DNA of 64,000 nucleotides from Thecamonas trahens ATCC 50062 (taxonomy: Eukaryota > Protista > Apusomonadida). Within the stretch, counting starts at the first letter, position 1. Each line of letters opens with the position of its first letter. The stretch covers positions 1 through 64,000 of the forward strand of contig NW_013657635.1 of the NCBI RefSeq assembly GCF_000142905.1. Direction: 5' to 3'. This document shows, in pieces, positions 1 through 11,929 of this stretch. The position numbers and the translations under genes were made by a program. The notes below the pieces were generated by a model, which was not told where the DNA came from, ran no database searches, and saw nothing but the letters and a program-made list of their open reading frames with translations.

Positions 1-235
1 CCTAACCTACCTACCTACCTACCTACCTACCTACCTACCTACCTACCTACCTACCTACCTACCTACCTACCTACCTACCTACCTACCTACCTACCTACCT
101 ACCTACCTACCTACCTACCTACCTACCTACCTACCTACCTACCTACCTACCTACCTACCTACCTACCTACCTACCTACCTAACCCTAACCCTAACCCTAA
201 CCCTAACCCTAACCCTAACCCTAACCCTAACCCTA
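1..235. repeat. Telomeric repeat tract (chromosome left end): CCTAA, then (CCTA)x44, then (ACCCTA)x9
   Basis: Read directly. 6-181 is perfect CCTA; 182-235 is canonical CCCTAA/TTAGGG with the C-strand on +, as expected for a left chromosome end. Confidence 0.9.
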
Positions 236-277
236 GCTGATGCCTCGTCAACCCTAACTGATGCCTCATCAACCCTA
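236..277. repeat. Two 21-bp telomere-adjacent repeats
   Basis: gctgatgcctcgtcaacccta / actgatgcctcatcaacccta, each ending in a telomere hexamer. Confidence 0.8.
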
Positions 278-3200
278 GCCCCACTCCATTCCTCCCCACC
301 AACCACCACTCACTCCACTTGCCACTCACAGCCCCCTTGCCACCCCTACTTATCCCACCCATGACCTACATCTACATTCCCACCCACCCCACCATACTTA
401 TTCTCCACCGCACCATGCGCATGGCTGTGCATGGGCCTGAATTGAGTCTTTGATGCGGATTTACAATTTGCATCCCCCCATTGACACTTGCCCGTGTCAC
501 TCGTTCGTCCGAGTGGCATGTGCGGGTTGTTGGGTGACATGAATGTCATTCAATATTTTCATGATTCGCCAGTCGTCACTTGTTCGATTGTTTGACATTT
601 AATTGATTGTTGTTGATCATTGTCAATTGATCATTCGATTTTTTCCGTTTCTTTTCTTGTTGGCCGACCATGTTCTTTGTTCTTTGCCGTTTATGTCTCT
701 CATGCTTTGTAGTTGCTTTCGCCTGCCCTCATGTTCTGCTGTGGTTGCTCTTGCCTTTATGCTTGACCGTAATCGACATGCATTCTCATCGATCATTGCC
801 TTTGCTCTTGTTGTTGCTTTGTATCATTATTCGTCATGCTTCATTTGTTCTTGACTCCCCTGTTTTCATCGACCTTGACTTCCACATCCACCATCGGGCC
901 TGCTCACTACACTATCGATTCTCAACTTTGTTGTCGTTTGTCATGGTCAATAGTTGTGCATGCAATGTATTTCATGTTGACGCTGTTGCGTTGTGGTCAT
1001 GGTTGATCTGCAGATCTGATCGATCAACCGCGCCTGCCTTATCGACCTGAACGTCACCCGAGTCCATCCCATTGCCTGCTAGCTTTGTCCAGTCTCTGTT
1101 GAATTACTCATACGTTTGCTGTGTAAGCCATGTATGATTTTTGGTTGTTGTTGTGGACGTCATTGCCTCGTTTGATGCTGGTTCCGGCTTTTCTTCAATT
1201 AATTCAACGTTCAACTCAATTAACGTCCGCCGCCTTCCCTCTGCCGGCCAAGTACCCGCCGCCCCTATCGCCCACACCCCACACACACCCACCAGCCGTA
1301 TCATACTCACCGTCATCAATGCTCAAGCCCAATCGCCATACCCACTATCACTTCGCCCGTCCAGTCACCCACGTCACGACCCCCCTCATCCCCCCCTACC
1401 ATACTCATTACGCCCCATCACCACAAACGACCACCCCCACCCCCTACCCGACCACCATGTCTTCCATTCCAGCCACAATTACCACGCCCATGCCATGGCC
1501 ATGCCCACCACCATCCCATCGCGCACCCGCTTCCTCTTCCTCCTCCTCTTCCTCTCCCCGCTCCAACTCACCCTCATCCTCTACCCGGACCCCATCACTG
1601 CCACCGCCCAACCATCACATGCCTTACTGCCCATTCACCAACCAACGGCAATCTCAAGCCACCCAGCCTCGACCCCGCCCCCTCAGCTGACCCGCCTCGC
1701 TGACCACCAGCCGCCAGCCGTCGCCCGCTTGCCCGATGAGCCGACCTTCATCACCACCTAGCTCCCACCCACCACCAGCTACGCAACCCGCGACCACACC
1801 CAAGGTCATCACTCACCGTGCACTATTATCAGTACCAATATCGCTATCAGCGATACCCATCGACCTCGGCTCATTTCCGCGTAGACTTGTTTTGCCTAGG
1901 CGGTTGAGCACGCCCTCGACCGCACGACCCCGCACATGCCCCCCACCAACCTCATTACAAGATATGCCCAATATGATTTCACTACTACTCTACTACATAC
2001 ACACACTACCCCCATGCACAGTCTCCAATCCACAGCTGTAGTATTCCAGAATCCGAGCTCTGCCACCTGACGCTGTTGGCCCGGTGTCCCTTCGAAGGTG
2101 CTCAGCCCCCCGACCCAGGCCCATCTCCGACCCCACCCCCCATCATCTCCACCCACAACCACCACACTCACACCACACATACCCACCACCTCTACAACCT
2201 CACCCACCCATTCCCTGCCCGCCGATATTCACAAAAGCCGACACTATCCCGTCAACAGCATCGCTGCCGGCCGCCTGCTGCTCACCACCGATCGCCACCC
2301 GAGCCGACCCGTCCACCGCCGGCACAACCCCGATCAGGCTAGACAGAGCACGAGTTTTGATGATCTACCCGTGAATAGTGAGACAAGTGACAATGGCTAT
2401 CAGTCCCTTACCCTACCTCCTCCTCCCCTCCTTCTCCTCGCCTTGCCCATCCTGCCCCAGCCCATCTGTCAACCAACCCAGCTGCTGGCCGGAGGACCGA
2501 CAGGACAGACGAGGCCAGTGGGTTGGTCAGGGCGAGGGAGAGGGAGAAAGGGGAGGAAGAGTGGTATAAGGTGAGGTTGTTAACAAGACTACACTGGTCT
2601 GCCACCCGATCTTGTGTCCTGATGCCCGTGTCGTCGTCGCCTGTCACTGCTCACTGGCCAGCAACTCGCCGCTCGCTCGCCCGCCCGCTCAACCACTCAC
2701 AGCCAAGCCAGATCAAGCCCGATCAAGCTCAGCACGACCTGCAGCTGGCTATACAGGGGGAGTAGCTGGTGGGGTCACAGGGATTGGAGGTGAGGGAGTG
2801 TAGATGGCTGGAGTGGGATGAGTGTGGTGGCTTTGGCTGCTGCTGGCGCTGCTGCTGTGGCCGAGCCCGAGGCGAGCAGTGAGCGATCGAGTCACGGCCA
2901 GCCACTCGTTGCTCAGCCACTCGCCGGCATGGGCGCCGTGCTGCTGCTGTGGCGAGAAGAGGAAGCCCAACCCCGAGGCGGCGATGACCAGGTTGGTGAT
3001 TATGCTGATCCTGATGCTCATGGGGTGATGGGGGATGGCGATGGCTGGTGATGGGAGTGATGGTTGAGGTGGCAGCGTTCATGGTTGCGATCGCGGACGA
3101 CGAGCTGAGGCGGTGACCGTTGCGGTGGTCTAGGCTGCGACTGCTGGGGAGAGAGAGGGAGGATGAGAGGGATGTGACGAGGGAGAGGGATGGATGATCC

Positions 3201-3538
3201 ATACATCGCGAGCAAGCCAGATACTGCGGATCACCATCGGCGCCGGATCGCTGCCGGGCGGGGCCCAGTGGGCGACAGCCCAAACGTGCGAGCGCACAAC
3301 CCAAGTTCGAGGCCGAGGTCGAGGATGAGGGCGCAAGATCGGGATCAGAAGGGCAAGCGCAAGCAGAAGTGCAAGAGGAAGGGACACAAATACTGTTGGC
3401 CTGATGCGGGGGACTGTTATCATCGTCGTCGCCACCACCTCCGCCGCCAGTCGCCAGCCCAGCCCACCCACTCCCCTTCACCGACATCGACACCAACTGA
3501 CACCACCGCACCCATGACCACTGCCTAGCCTGATCCTG

Positions 3539-3571
<33 letters not shown>

Positions 3572-3731
3572 CCCCACCTCGCCTCACATCCATAACTCCA
3601 TCAGCTACGGCCGACTTGCTCTGCCTCGTCTCGTGCTCCTCCTGCCTGCTGCGCCTCTCAACAAACTGCGCCAAATCTGTGTGACGGCACTTCTCTCCAA
3701 CTGCCGCCTCTCGCCTCCCCCACCGGCGGCC

Positions 3732-5449
3732 ATGGCCGAGACCCCCGCCTCGCCCCACCCACCACCAGGCAGTGGCATCCACTTTGGCCGATACACCACC
3801 GTCAAGGAGCTTGGTCGCGGTGCCTTCTCCATTGTATACCTCGCCAAAGCCGTGCCTGCCAAGAACAGCAGCAGCTGCAGCAGCAGCAGCAGCAGCGGCA
3901 ATGACGAGTGCGACAATGGCCAACCGCCATGTTCTCCCGCCCAACCGCTGGCCGTTGTCAAGGCCTTACAAGTCGGCAAGTACACCAGGAAGATGGTCCT
4001 TCACACCATGACAGAGGTCACCGTCCTCTCAGGCGTCTCTCATCCGTGTCTTGTTGGCTATGTCGAGTCGTTTGCCGCGGACGCCAGCACCGTTGTCATT
4101 GTCATGGAGCATGTCGCCGGTGGCGACTTGACCCATGCTGTCGATGCTCTTGCTCCGTCGCCGCAATCTTCCCCACCTCATCCTCCGCTCTCGCCCATTG
4201 CTGTGGTGGATGTTCTCGTGCAAACCGCTCTTGCACTGGCCTACATTCACTCGCGTGGCATTGTCCATCGCGACGTCAAGGCCGACAACGTCTTCCTCAC
4301 CCCCGACGGCGGCATCAAGCTCGGCGACTTTGGGCTAGCCTTTGTGGCCTCGGACTCCGGCGACGACTCCCTCTCGCCATCAGCCTCAGACTCCGAGTCA
4401 ACGCCCGGGCTCCGTGTTGTCCCCTCAGGCATGCTCGGCACGCCTCTTAATCTGGCTCCCGAGATCACGCAGGGCCTCGAGTATGGCGCCCCTGCCGATG
4501 TCTGGGCGCTTGGCTGCCTCCTCCACCAGCTCACCACTGGTCGTCCAGCATTTGTCGCCGACAACTTTCACCTTTTGCGCCGGGCGATCAACAAAGGCCC
4601 GACGCCGCGGCTGCCCAAGCCCCTTGCTCCGCTCCAGCCTGTTCTCGACGGCTGCCTCGCCAAGGATCCTACTGATCGGCTCTCGGCCGGCGAGCTCCTG
4701 ATGCTGCCACTGATGGCGCACAGAGCCGCCGGTATGTTCCTCCTCTCCTTCTTTCCTACTCGAACGTCGACGCCGCTGCCGCTGCCGCCGCTGCCGCTGC
4801 CGGCCCTATGCCCATCACTCCTACTCCCGACGACGCCGCCCGCCTCCTCCGCTTGCACTCAGTCTACTCCGATTGGACCGAAGACTCACTGCCTCAGCTG
4901 GATGTGGTGACGTTGTCTATCCCGCTCAGCTCTGACGGCTGCACCACTCCTGAGCTCCTCTCGCCGCACCGCGCCGGCATGCCGCCGCTGTGCGGCTCGC
5001 GATCAAGCGATAGCCTCTGCTCGCCTGAACGCGCCTTTCGCCCGCTTGCCAAGCGCTACCGCGATCTGCGCCGCAAGGAGACTGGCAGCGATATCTTTTC
5101 CAGCGATGACTCGGCACGCAACTTCCGGCTGCGCTCCAACTCGATTGCGCAGGTCGACGTTCTTGTCCGCATGCGGAACAGTTCCGTCTCGGTCTCTGAC
5201 TCTCCGCTCACCATCTCTACCATTCTTGCTGACAACGACGGCCAGGTCTCAGACGTCTCGGACATATCATTGCAAAGCGACTCGGACAACACATCGTCGG
5301 CGTCCTCCTCCTCCTCGTCGTCGTCGTCATCGTCCCCCTCGTCTCCCCGGGAACGTCCGCCTCCGGCCTCGCGGCCGCCTATGCCAACCGCTGACGCCGA
5401 CTCGGACTCGGACTCATCCTCGCTCGACGAGTTTACCTTTGGCGGATGA
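3732..5449 (+). CDS. NEK (NIMA-related)-like Ser/Thr protein kinase with Ser-rich tail
   Basis: LGRGAFSIV, AVVK, HRDVKADN, DFG, GTPLNLAPE, DVWALG. The tail lies in ORF 4808-5449. It is joined either by one missing C at about 4756 or by an in-frame GT-AG intron 4732-4862. Confidence 0.85.
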
Positions 5450-5491
5450 CGCCCTGTACAAACCATACAAGCCCACTGCGCCCCCCATGCC

Positions 5492-8400
5492 TCATCCCCA
5501 GTGACCGTGAGGCAGCAGCGCCTGCAGCATCTCGAACACTGCCGGCCCAAACCCTCCGGCGGCAAGGTCCAGTGCCCGCGCCTGCGCCTCCTTGATTTCG
5601 GTCAGCACAGCGTATGTGTCCTCCGCAAAGTCGGCCGCAATCGAGTCCTCGTTCGTGTCGCGGTTGTAGACAACAAGCACTGAGACCATGTCAAAGATGT
5701 CGTTGTGCGTTGCCAGCGTCGCCAGCACTGGATACGACGTCACCAGCTGGCCCACAAGCGCTGCAGCCTCGGCCATGATCGCCGCCGACCGCGTTGGGCA
5801 GAGGAACGGCGACGAGTCCCGGATGTGCTCCAGAATCGTCCGCGCGTACGGCTCAAACTCGCCCGGCACCGGCCCGCCCTCCGGCACTGCAAAGTGTACA
5901 ATAGACCGCGCCGAGAAGAAGAACGCCTCCAGATTAGCAAAGTACGTGTACGAGTCGGCCACCGTCGTCCAGAACGGCGACTCGTAGTCCGCCAGCGGGC
6001 CCGAGAGCACCGCCCGCTTGGCCGCTGCCACCTTCTCCGCATGCGCCGCTGCCTCTGCTGCATGCTCCGCGCAGCACGAGCTCTCAAGCGACCGGTCCAC
6101 CGGCGTGTCCGGCGCAGGCGCAGACTTGAGCACCCGGAGCACAAAGTTGAAAATCGTCTCCAACCGCCCGTTCTCCGTCATGTGGTCCGCCACAATAAAC
6201 ACCATGTCCGCCAGGCAGAGCGCAGCGATCGCCACCGACAGCGGCGAGTTGCACCCGCACATGTTCTCCGACTGTTCCGCAGTGAGGAGCGCACAAGCAC
6301 CGGCGTGCGTGTGCTCCTCGCCGTGGGAAAGAAAGTGTTCGGCAGAGCTGATAATCCGCGAGACAACCTCGTCAAACTGCGGTGCGAGATGGTCCGCCGT
6401 GTGGTGAGCAAGCGAGCCGAGCAACTGCACGCACCGCTGCCAGACAGGATAGCACAGCTCCGGGAGGCCCGGGCCCGACAACGCGTCGACCACCCGTTCG
6501 CACACCGGCGCCAGCTCGCGCTCGAGGTCCGGCATCGACGACAGGATCGAGATGGCAAACGAGAACACGAGCGAGGCCTCGGCCTTGGCAATGTGCACCG
6601 AGTCGTTGATGTCGTCCTCCTCAAGAACGTCGGCCACATAGTCGACGAGGTCGCAGACCACATCGATGCTCCGTTGCGACTGCAACAGCAGCGGCACAAT
6701 CGGCCCCAGCGCATGGAGCACAAAGGCTCGCACGTCAGCAAGCGGTGGCTCGTGCGCCGCAGAGCAGAACCGACACTTTCCGTTGCCGTCCGTGTTCGAC
6801 ATAAACTCGATCCGCCCCACCACGTGTGCAAATCGTGACCTGTGCGAAACCGGCGACGTCTCATCGGACATCCGCACCGCGGGAAGGTTGCCGCGGAAGA
6901 GCAGCGAAATGAGGTGCGCCGCCACACCTTCGATCTGTTCCACAACCGCCGGATCCACCACAAGCCGGTCTTCGACCGGGTCAAAGTACGGGTTCATCAG
7001 GTTCGAGTTCGACGACTCGAGCACCTCGTACCAGAGCGAAAACAGTGCCGATGCTGCTGCTGCTGCGTCAAACACGCGCATGTACGCCGCTTGTCGGATC
7101 GCCTCGTAGCCCTCGGGAACTGCAGGTGCTGCGCTGCCAAACGTACTGCTCATTGCTTGCACCGTTTCGCCCGAGACGCTCGCCACAAGTGCCAGCGCCC
7201 GCTCCAGCCGCTGCTCGGCAACGGTCGGCTCGAGCGCAGCGTCAAGCGCCGTCTCAAACGTCCGCGAGCTCGCTGATGACCCAGTGCCAGGCGTCAGCAG
7301 CGATTTAGGTGTCGCCACTCCGCCCGGTCTCGGTGTCGATGAGCTAGATGCCCCAGCTCTCGCCGCGCTCGCCTCATCCAACGCAGCTGAAAGCACCGAC
7401 AGGTCGTCGATCGCCCGCGTCAGCGTCGCTGCCAGCTTGGTCTGCGTCACCTCCAGCAGCGGGAGTGGCGACGCAAACGAAATGGCCATGTTGATGAGAA
7501 TGCCGCAGCAGTTGGACGAGACCAGCGCCTCGGTGTCATCCACTCGCGCAATGACCGCTTCCACCAGCTGCTCCTGAAGCTCCGGAAAGTCCGAGAGCGG
7601 CGTCTCGATCGACGAGGTCGAGAACGACGTCAGCAGCGGGACTGCGTTGGATATAAAGATGTTGGTCAGCGCCCATGCCGCCGTGTCGCGCACAACCGCT
7701 ACTTCGTCCGACGCCAGCGCCTCGATCGCCATCCGCACCACCTTTGGGTACATCGGATGCCCACGCGGGAGCGGCTCCGGCTTCTGCCCGGTGCCCATGG
7801 CGTCAGTAATGGCGCCGAAAACCAGGAGTCCGACCTCGCGCGCCCGCCACTCGCTCGACGCAATGTTTCGGCCGCAAAGCCATAGATCGCGTCGATAACC
7901 GACGGCATAGTCGAGTGGAACGTGACTAGAATCTGCGAGAGCGACCGAATCGTCGGATCTGTCAGCTCGGTCGACGCAGCCTGGGCCTTCTTCACCTCGG
8001 CCACCACATATCCGCTCGCCTCCAGCGGGCGCGACATCAGCGAGTTGAACAGCAGCGGAAGCAGCGTGTTGCGGATAAAGATGCCGTACTTGGCCGCGTC
8101 CTCCACCCGCCCGCCCATCATCAGCGCGGCCAGCTTGCGCGGGTCCAGCGACGACGGGAGCCCGCTGGCGGACTCTCCGGCCTCGGAGCTCTCACCGCCG
8201 TCACGGAACTCGACCAGGGACGCCTCGTTGGCCGCCAGCAGCGCCAACGACGAGAACACATCCAGCGCAGCCAGCGCAACCTTGACCTCGTCGGACTTGA
8301 TGCCCGCCATGGTTAGCTCCAGCAGCTCCGTCGCGTGCGTCTTGTATGCGTTACTGTAGATTCGCGGAAGAACCTTGCCAAAGGCACGGAAGCCCTCAAC

Positions 8401-8907
8401 GTGCGCTGCTGCGCACGGCACCGTCAGAGACGCGCCAATCAGCCCCACCATCTCCGAGTTGGCGGTGTCAAACCGGGTGGCGAGCTCGCGCAGGGTGTCG
8501 CCATCGACATCGGCGTCAACATCCACCCGTGCCCGTCCTGGCCCGGTCGCGGCTTCCTTGGCGGCTTGCAGCTCGTGGAAAGAGTCGTGGTACATCACCA
8601 GATGCGCCTTCCACGCCGTCCGCCACGGCTTGGGCTCCACCACAAAGCGCCGCCAGTTGCGGCAGGTCCCGGCCGCCGCCAGCAACGAGCGCAAGTCGAG
8701 ATGAAGAAAGATAGCCAGAACGAGCTCATCCGGCAGCGTCACGGCCTCCCCTTTGTCCGTCACAGCAAACAGCCTCGGCTCTTCCAGAGAGGCCACATCA
8801 ATGACCGCCATGCCCTTCTTGCTGCTCTTCCGGCTCGTCTTGGCCACTTCGTCGCTCGCTCCTCCGGCAACTCCGCCGCTCTCGCTCAAGCCGCCGCTTC
8901 CTGACAT
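5492..8907 (-). CDS. F-box + importin-beta-like HEAT repeat protein (one frame break at about 7867)
   Basis: F-box LPDELVLAIFLHLDLRSLLAAAGTCRNWR. Importin-beta1-like segments TMAGIKSDEVKVALAALDVFS, ENIASSEWRAREVGLLVFGAI (restored by adding one A) and DEVAVVRDTAAWALTNI. Confidence 0.8.
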
Positions 8908-9148
8908 TCGCCTTGTGCGGGGTATGGGTAGAGGTGGTTGGGTATGGGGTTGAGGGTGAAGTATGCCTACGTAACGTAAAGCACCTCCCTTGCCTCGCCC
9001 AACACCCCCCCCTCCCCTCCTCCCTGGCTCCCGTCGCCGGCCCACCCGTCCGAGGTCGCCCTCGGCAGGATGTCCGTGAACGACCAAAGTTCGTTCGTTC
9101 GCGGCTCACCGCCGCCACTCGCCGCCCGCCCCGCTCGCTCTGCTGCTG

Positions 9149-9182
<34 letters not shown>

Positions 9183-9320
9183 GCCGGCAATTGACCACTT
9201 GCCACTCGCAACTCGGTAGCACGATTCAGGGTGGTGGTAATGCGTAATCCGTCTCCTCCCGTCCTCCATGATCATTGTCATCGGGGGGCGGCCGACGGTC
9301 AGCCGTCACTTTCTCTTTGC

Positions 9321-11405
9321 TCAGTACATGGTCTGCTTGGCCGCGGCTTGGGCTTTGGTCACCAGCTGGGCGATCTTGCTCTCGACATCGGTGGAGAGCT
9401 TGTGCTTGGTGGCAAACTGCATCGCGACTCGCCGCGGGTTCGCTGACGGGTAAACGGTGAGCGGGATGCTGAGACCGCATCCGACGTCGAGCTGGAGGAC
9501 GCAGCACGGGCTCTCGTCGGGTGTCGCCCTGTCGTGCATGACCCCGCGCACATCCATTCGCCGGGTTGGCTGACCGCTGCCGCGCGTCTGCCGCCGGGTG
9601 GTGTCCAGCACTGCGCCGGCCTCTGCAATGTGAGACGCGAGTGCTGACGCATGCTGCGCCGGTAGCTGATGCCGGGTGGCAAAGAGCTCCGCAGCCCGGT
9701 CCGGATGCGCAAGCGTCTCGTGCGTAAGCCGGAGCGAGCTGGTCCCGCCGGACGGGAGCGGAACACGGAGCTCAGAGGCGACCGGTGCAGCAGCCAGGGC
9801 CGCTTTGCGAGCGCGGAGATGAGCCGCCACCTTCTCGACAATGAGCGTCGTGAGCGGCGTGACAAACGACCGCGGCAGCGCGTGCTGACGGATAAAGGCC
9901 TCAGCGGCCTCGCCCGCGTCGTCGTGCTCGTAGATCGGGAGGTCGCCCACCCGGCCGCTGCCGAGCTCCACCGCAATAATGAGCTGCGGCTCGCGCACCT
10001 CTGACTCGCCTTGGCTCCCGCTGGCGCGCCCTGACGATCGCAGTGTCGTGGCGGCATCGATTGACTTGACAAACTGCTTCGAGCCGCGGTCGAGCTCGTA
10101 CCGCGCAACCCGCATTGTGCTATTAACACCCATGCTCGCCCTCGCGCTCGTCGGCGGCGGCGACGCCTGGTGGTGAACAGGCTGCACGCTCGGCGACGAC
10201 AGGTCGCCAAGTGTGAGCGGCAGCGACGACGGCGCCGTGCCCGAGACCACCGACGGCGGAAGTGGCGTCCGAGGCTGTGGTGTTGCTGGGCCTGATGCTG
10301 CCGCCGCCGCAAACGTCATAGGCATGCTCGGTGGGTTGAGCGCCGAGAGCGCTGGAAGTGACGTCGACGGCGCGTGCGAAGGGTGGCTCACCGCTGGCTG
10401 CCGGGTCGGGCTGCGGACCGGCGGAGCGTGCGTCACAACCGGGGCGACTGGCTCGGCCTGCGCCGCCATCTCCGCCCGCACTGTGCTGACAGCAGTATCG
10501 ATCTCGTCCAGGCCATAGCGAATGACTTGGGGTGCATGGACCGAAGCCGAGGCTGCGAGCGCCGGATCTAGCCGGAGCGGCGGCAGCGTGTCCGGGTGCA
10601 GCGCCATCTGCGGGTCTTCTGTCGGCCGTGCCGCGCTGCGTGCTGCCGGTGCCAGGACCCGGCGGTCGATCGTGTACTTGCGGGCAGTCGAGCCGATGCT
10701 TGCGGCATCGACCTTGGACGATATCGACGACGCACATCGCGGCTCGGGCCGCTTGATCATTGTCAGCGGGGTGGTGGTCACCGGTGTGATAAGCGTCGCC
10801 GTCTCTGATGGCAGCGGGCCCACATACGTCGGCAGAACCTTGGAAAGCATGTACTCGTTCGCCAGCAGCGCCATAGACTCGAGCAGTAGCGCCACGTTGT
10901 CGGTCCGCGGCACGCTCGTCGCTGCAGCCACCGTCTCGGCATCGGGGACCTCGATCTCGAAATAGTACATCGAGTTGGCATCGGCAACAGCACATGCCTC
11001 GTCGACCGCCACCTCACGCAGACCAGCCACCTGGCCCAGGCGAGCGATGGGGCGAGAGAGGCCAACAAGGAAGACCATCTGCGGGACAAGGTCGACAATG
11101 AGCCGCGACTTCCACATGCTCAGAGCGAAGAGGAACGAAGAACGCGATTCGATGTCATACGCCAGCACAACCACATGTTCCAACGGCAAATGCTCCGGCA
11201 GTACCAGCTCATCATGTGGGTTATCGCTCTTGTTCCTCCCCTGCCACATCACCATCTCCGTCTCGTCCACATGAGCCACAAACGGTCCAAACTCACTCGC
11301 TACCGGTGCGGAGAGGCCAGGCTCGGCGTCCGCCAGAGCGCGACACACTCTCATTCTCAGTCCATGGCTCTCACCGTACACCGCAACAGTCATTGTCCGC
11401 GCCAT
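9321..11405 (-). CDS. Degenerate Rab-like GTPase domain + Pro/Ser-rich linker + three PFU-like repeats
   Basis: 694-aa ORF. Rab-fold remnants VAVYGES, VVVLAYDIESRSSF, MVFLVG, REVAVDEACAVA..YFEI. Three C-terminal repeats of about 50 aa ending AxxFxxxHxL. Confidence 0.65.
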   Translation of the reverse strand: MARTMTVAVYGESHGLRMRVCRALADAEPGLSAPVASEFGPFVAHVDETEMVMWQGRNKSDNPHDELVLPEHLPLEHVVVLAYDIESRSSFLFALSMWKSRLIVDLVPQMVFLVGLSRPIARLGQVAGLREVAVDEACAVADANSMYYFEIEVPDAETVAAATSVPRTDNVALLLESMALLANEYMLSKVLPTYVGPLPSETATLITPVTTTPLTMIKRPEPRCASSISSKVDAASIGSTARKYTIDRRVLAPAARSAARPTEDPQMALHPDTLPPLRLDPALAASASVHAPQVIRYGLDEIDTAVSTVRAEMAAQAEPVAPVVTHAPPVRSPTRQPAVSHPSHAPSTSLPALSALNPPSMPMTFAAAAASGPATPQPRTPLPPSVVSGTAPSSLPLTLGDLSSPSVQPVHHQASPPPTSARASMGVNSTMRVARYELDRGSKQFVKSIDAATTLRSSGRASGSQGESEVREPQLIIAVELGSGRVGDLPIYEHDDAGEAAEAFIRQHALPRSFVTPLTTLIVEKVAAHLRARKAALAAAPVASELRVPLPSGGTSSLRLTHETLAHPDRAAELFATRHQLPAQHASALASHIAEAGAVLDTTRRQTRGSGQPTRRMDVRGVMHDRATPDESPCCVLQLDVGCGLSIPLTVYPSANPRRVAMQFATKHKLSTDVESKIAQLVTKAQAAAKQTMY

Positions 11406-11929
11406 GGCCGCGTCTGCTTGTCACAGATACAATGATGTCGCGTGAGGTGCTCGCTGGCTGCCAATGTCGTACTCCTCGCTGCAGTTGACCGCCACTTTGG
11501 CGCGCCGCTTTTGGTGCCGCATCGCTCGGGACCAGATGGTGCCGTGGATCGAGCCGTGGCTCTTGCCATGGCTCCGATGGAGACTACCCCATGATGGTGG
11601 AGGGGAGGGGAGGGGAGGGGGTGGAGAGGTGTCGTGAGGAGGGAAAAGTTGGTTGCGTAGGACATGGGATGAGATTTGTAATGTTTGCATTAATTTGTTA
11701 CGATCACAGATCGGTGCGTTTTCAGTGCTTTGGAAGGAAAGGCATGACGCGAGAGCGTGTACAACCGAGCAAGACACGCGTCAATCGGAGACAGACCATT
11801 TTCTATGCCTGCTATAGCCTGCCACACCACTTTCGCGTTCCGATGACCAGTTGGTGGTAAACTCCGGCCCGTTTGGGGGAGGGCGATGCGATAAGACTCG
11901 ACTCTAGGAGCCTGGCTCGAGCACCACCC

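Noticed and set aside
171-3577. Numerous ORFs in the telomere and subtelomere
   Set aside because: Low-complexity translations of skewed DNA with no recognisable domain and no consistent codon bias.
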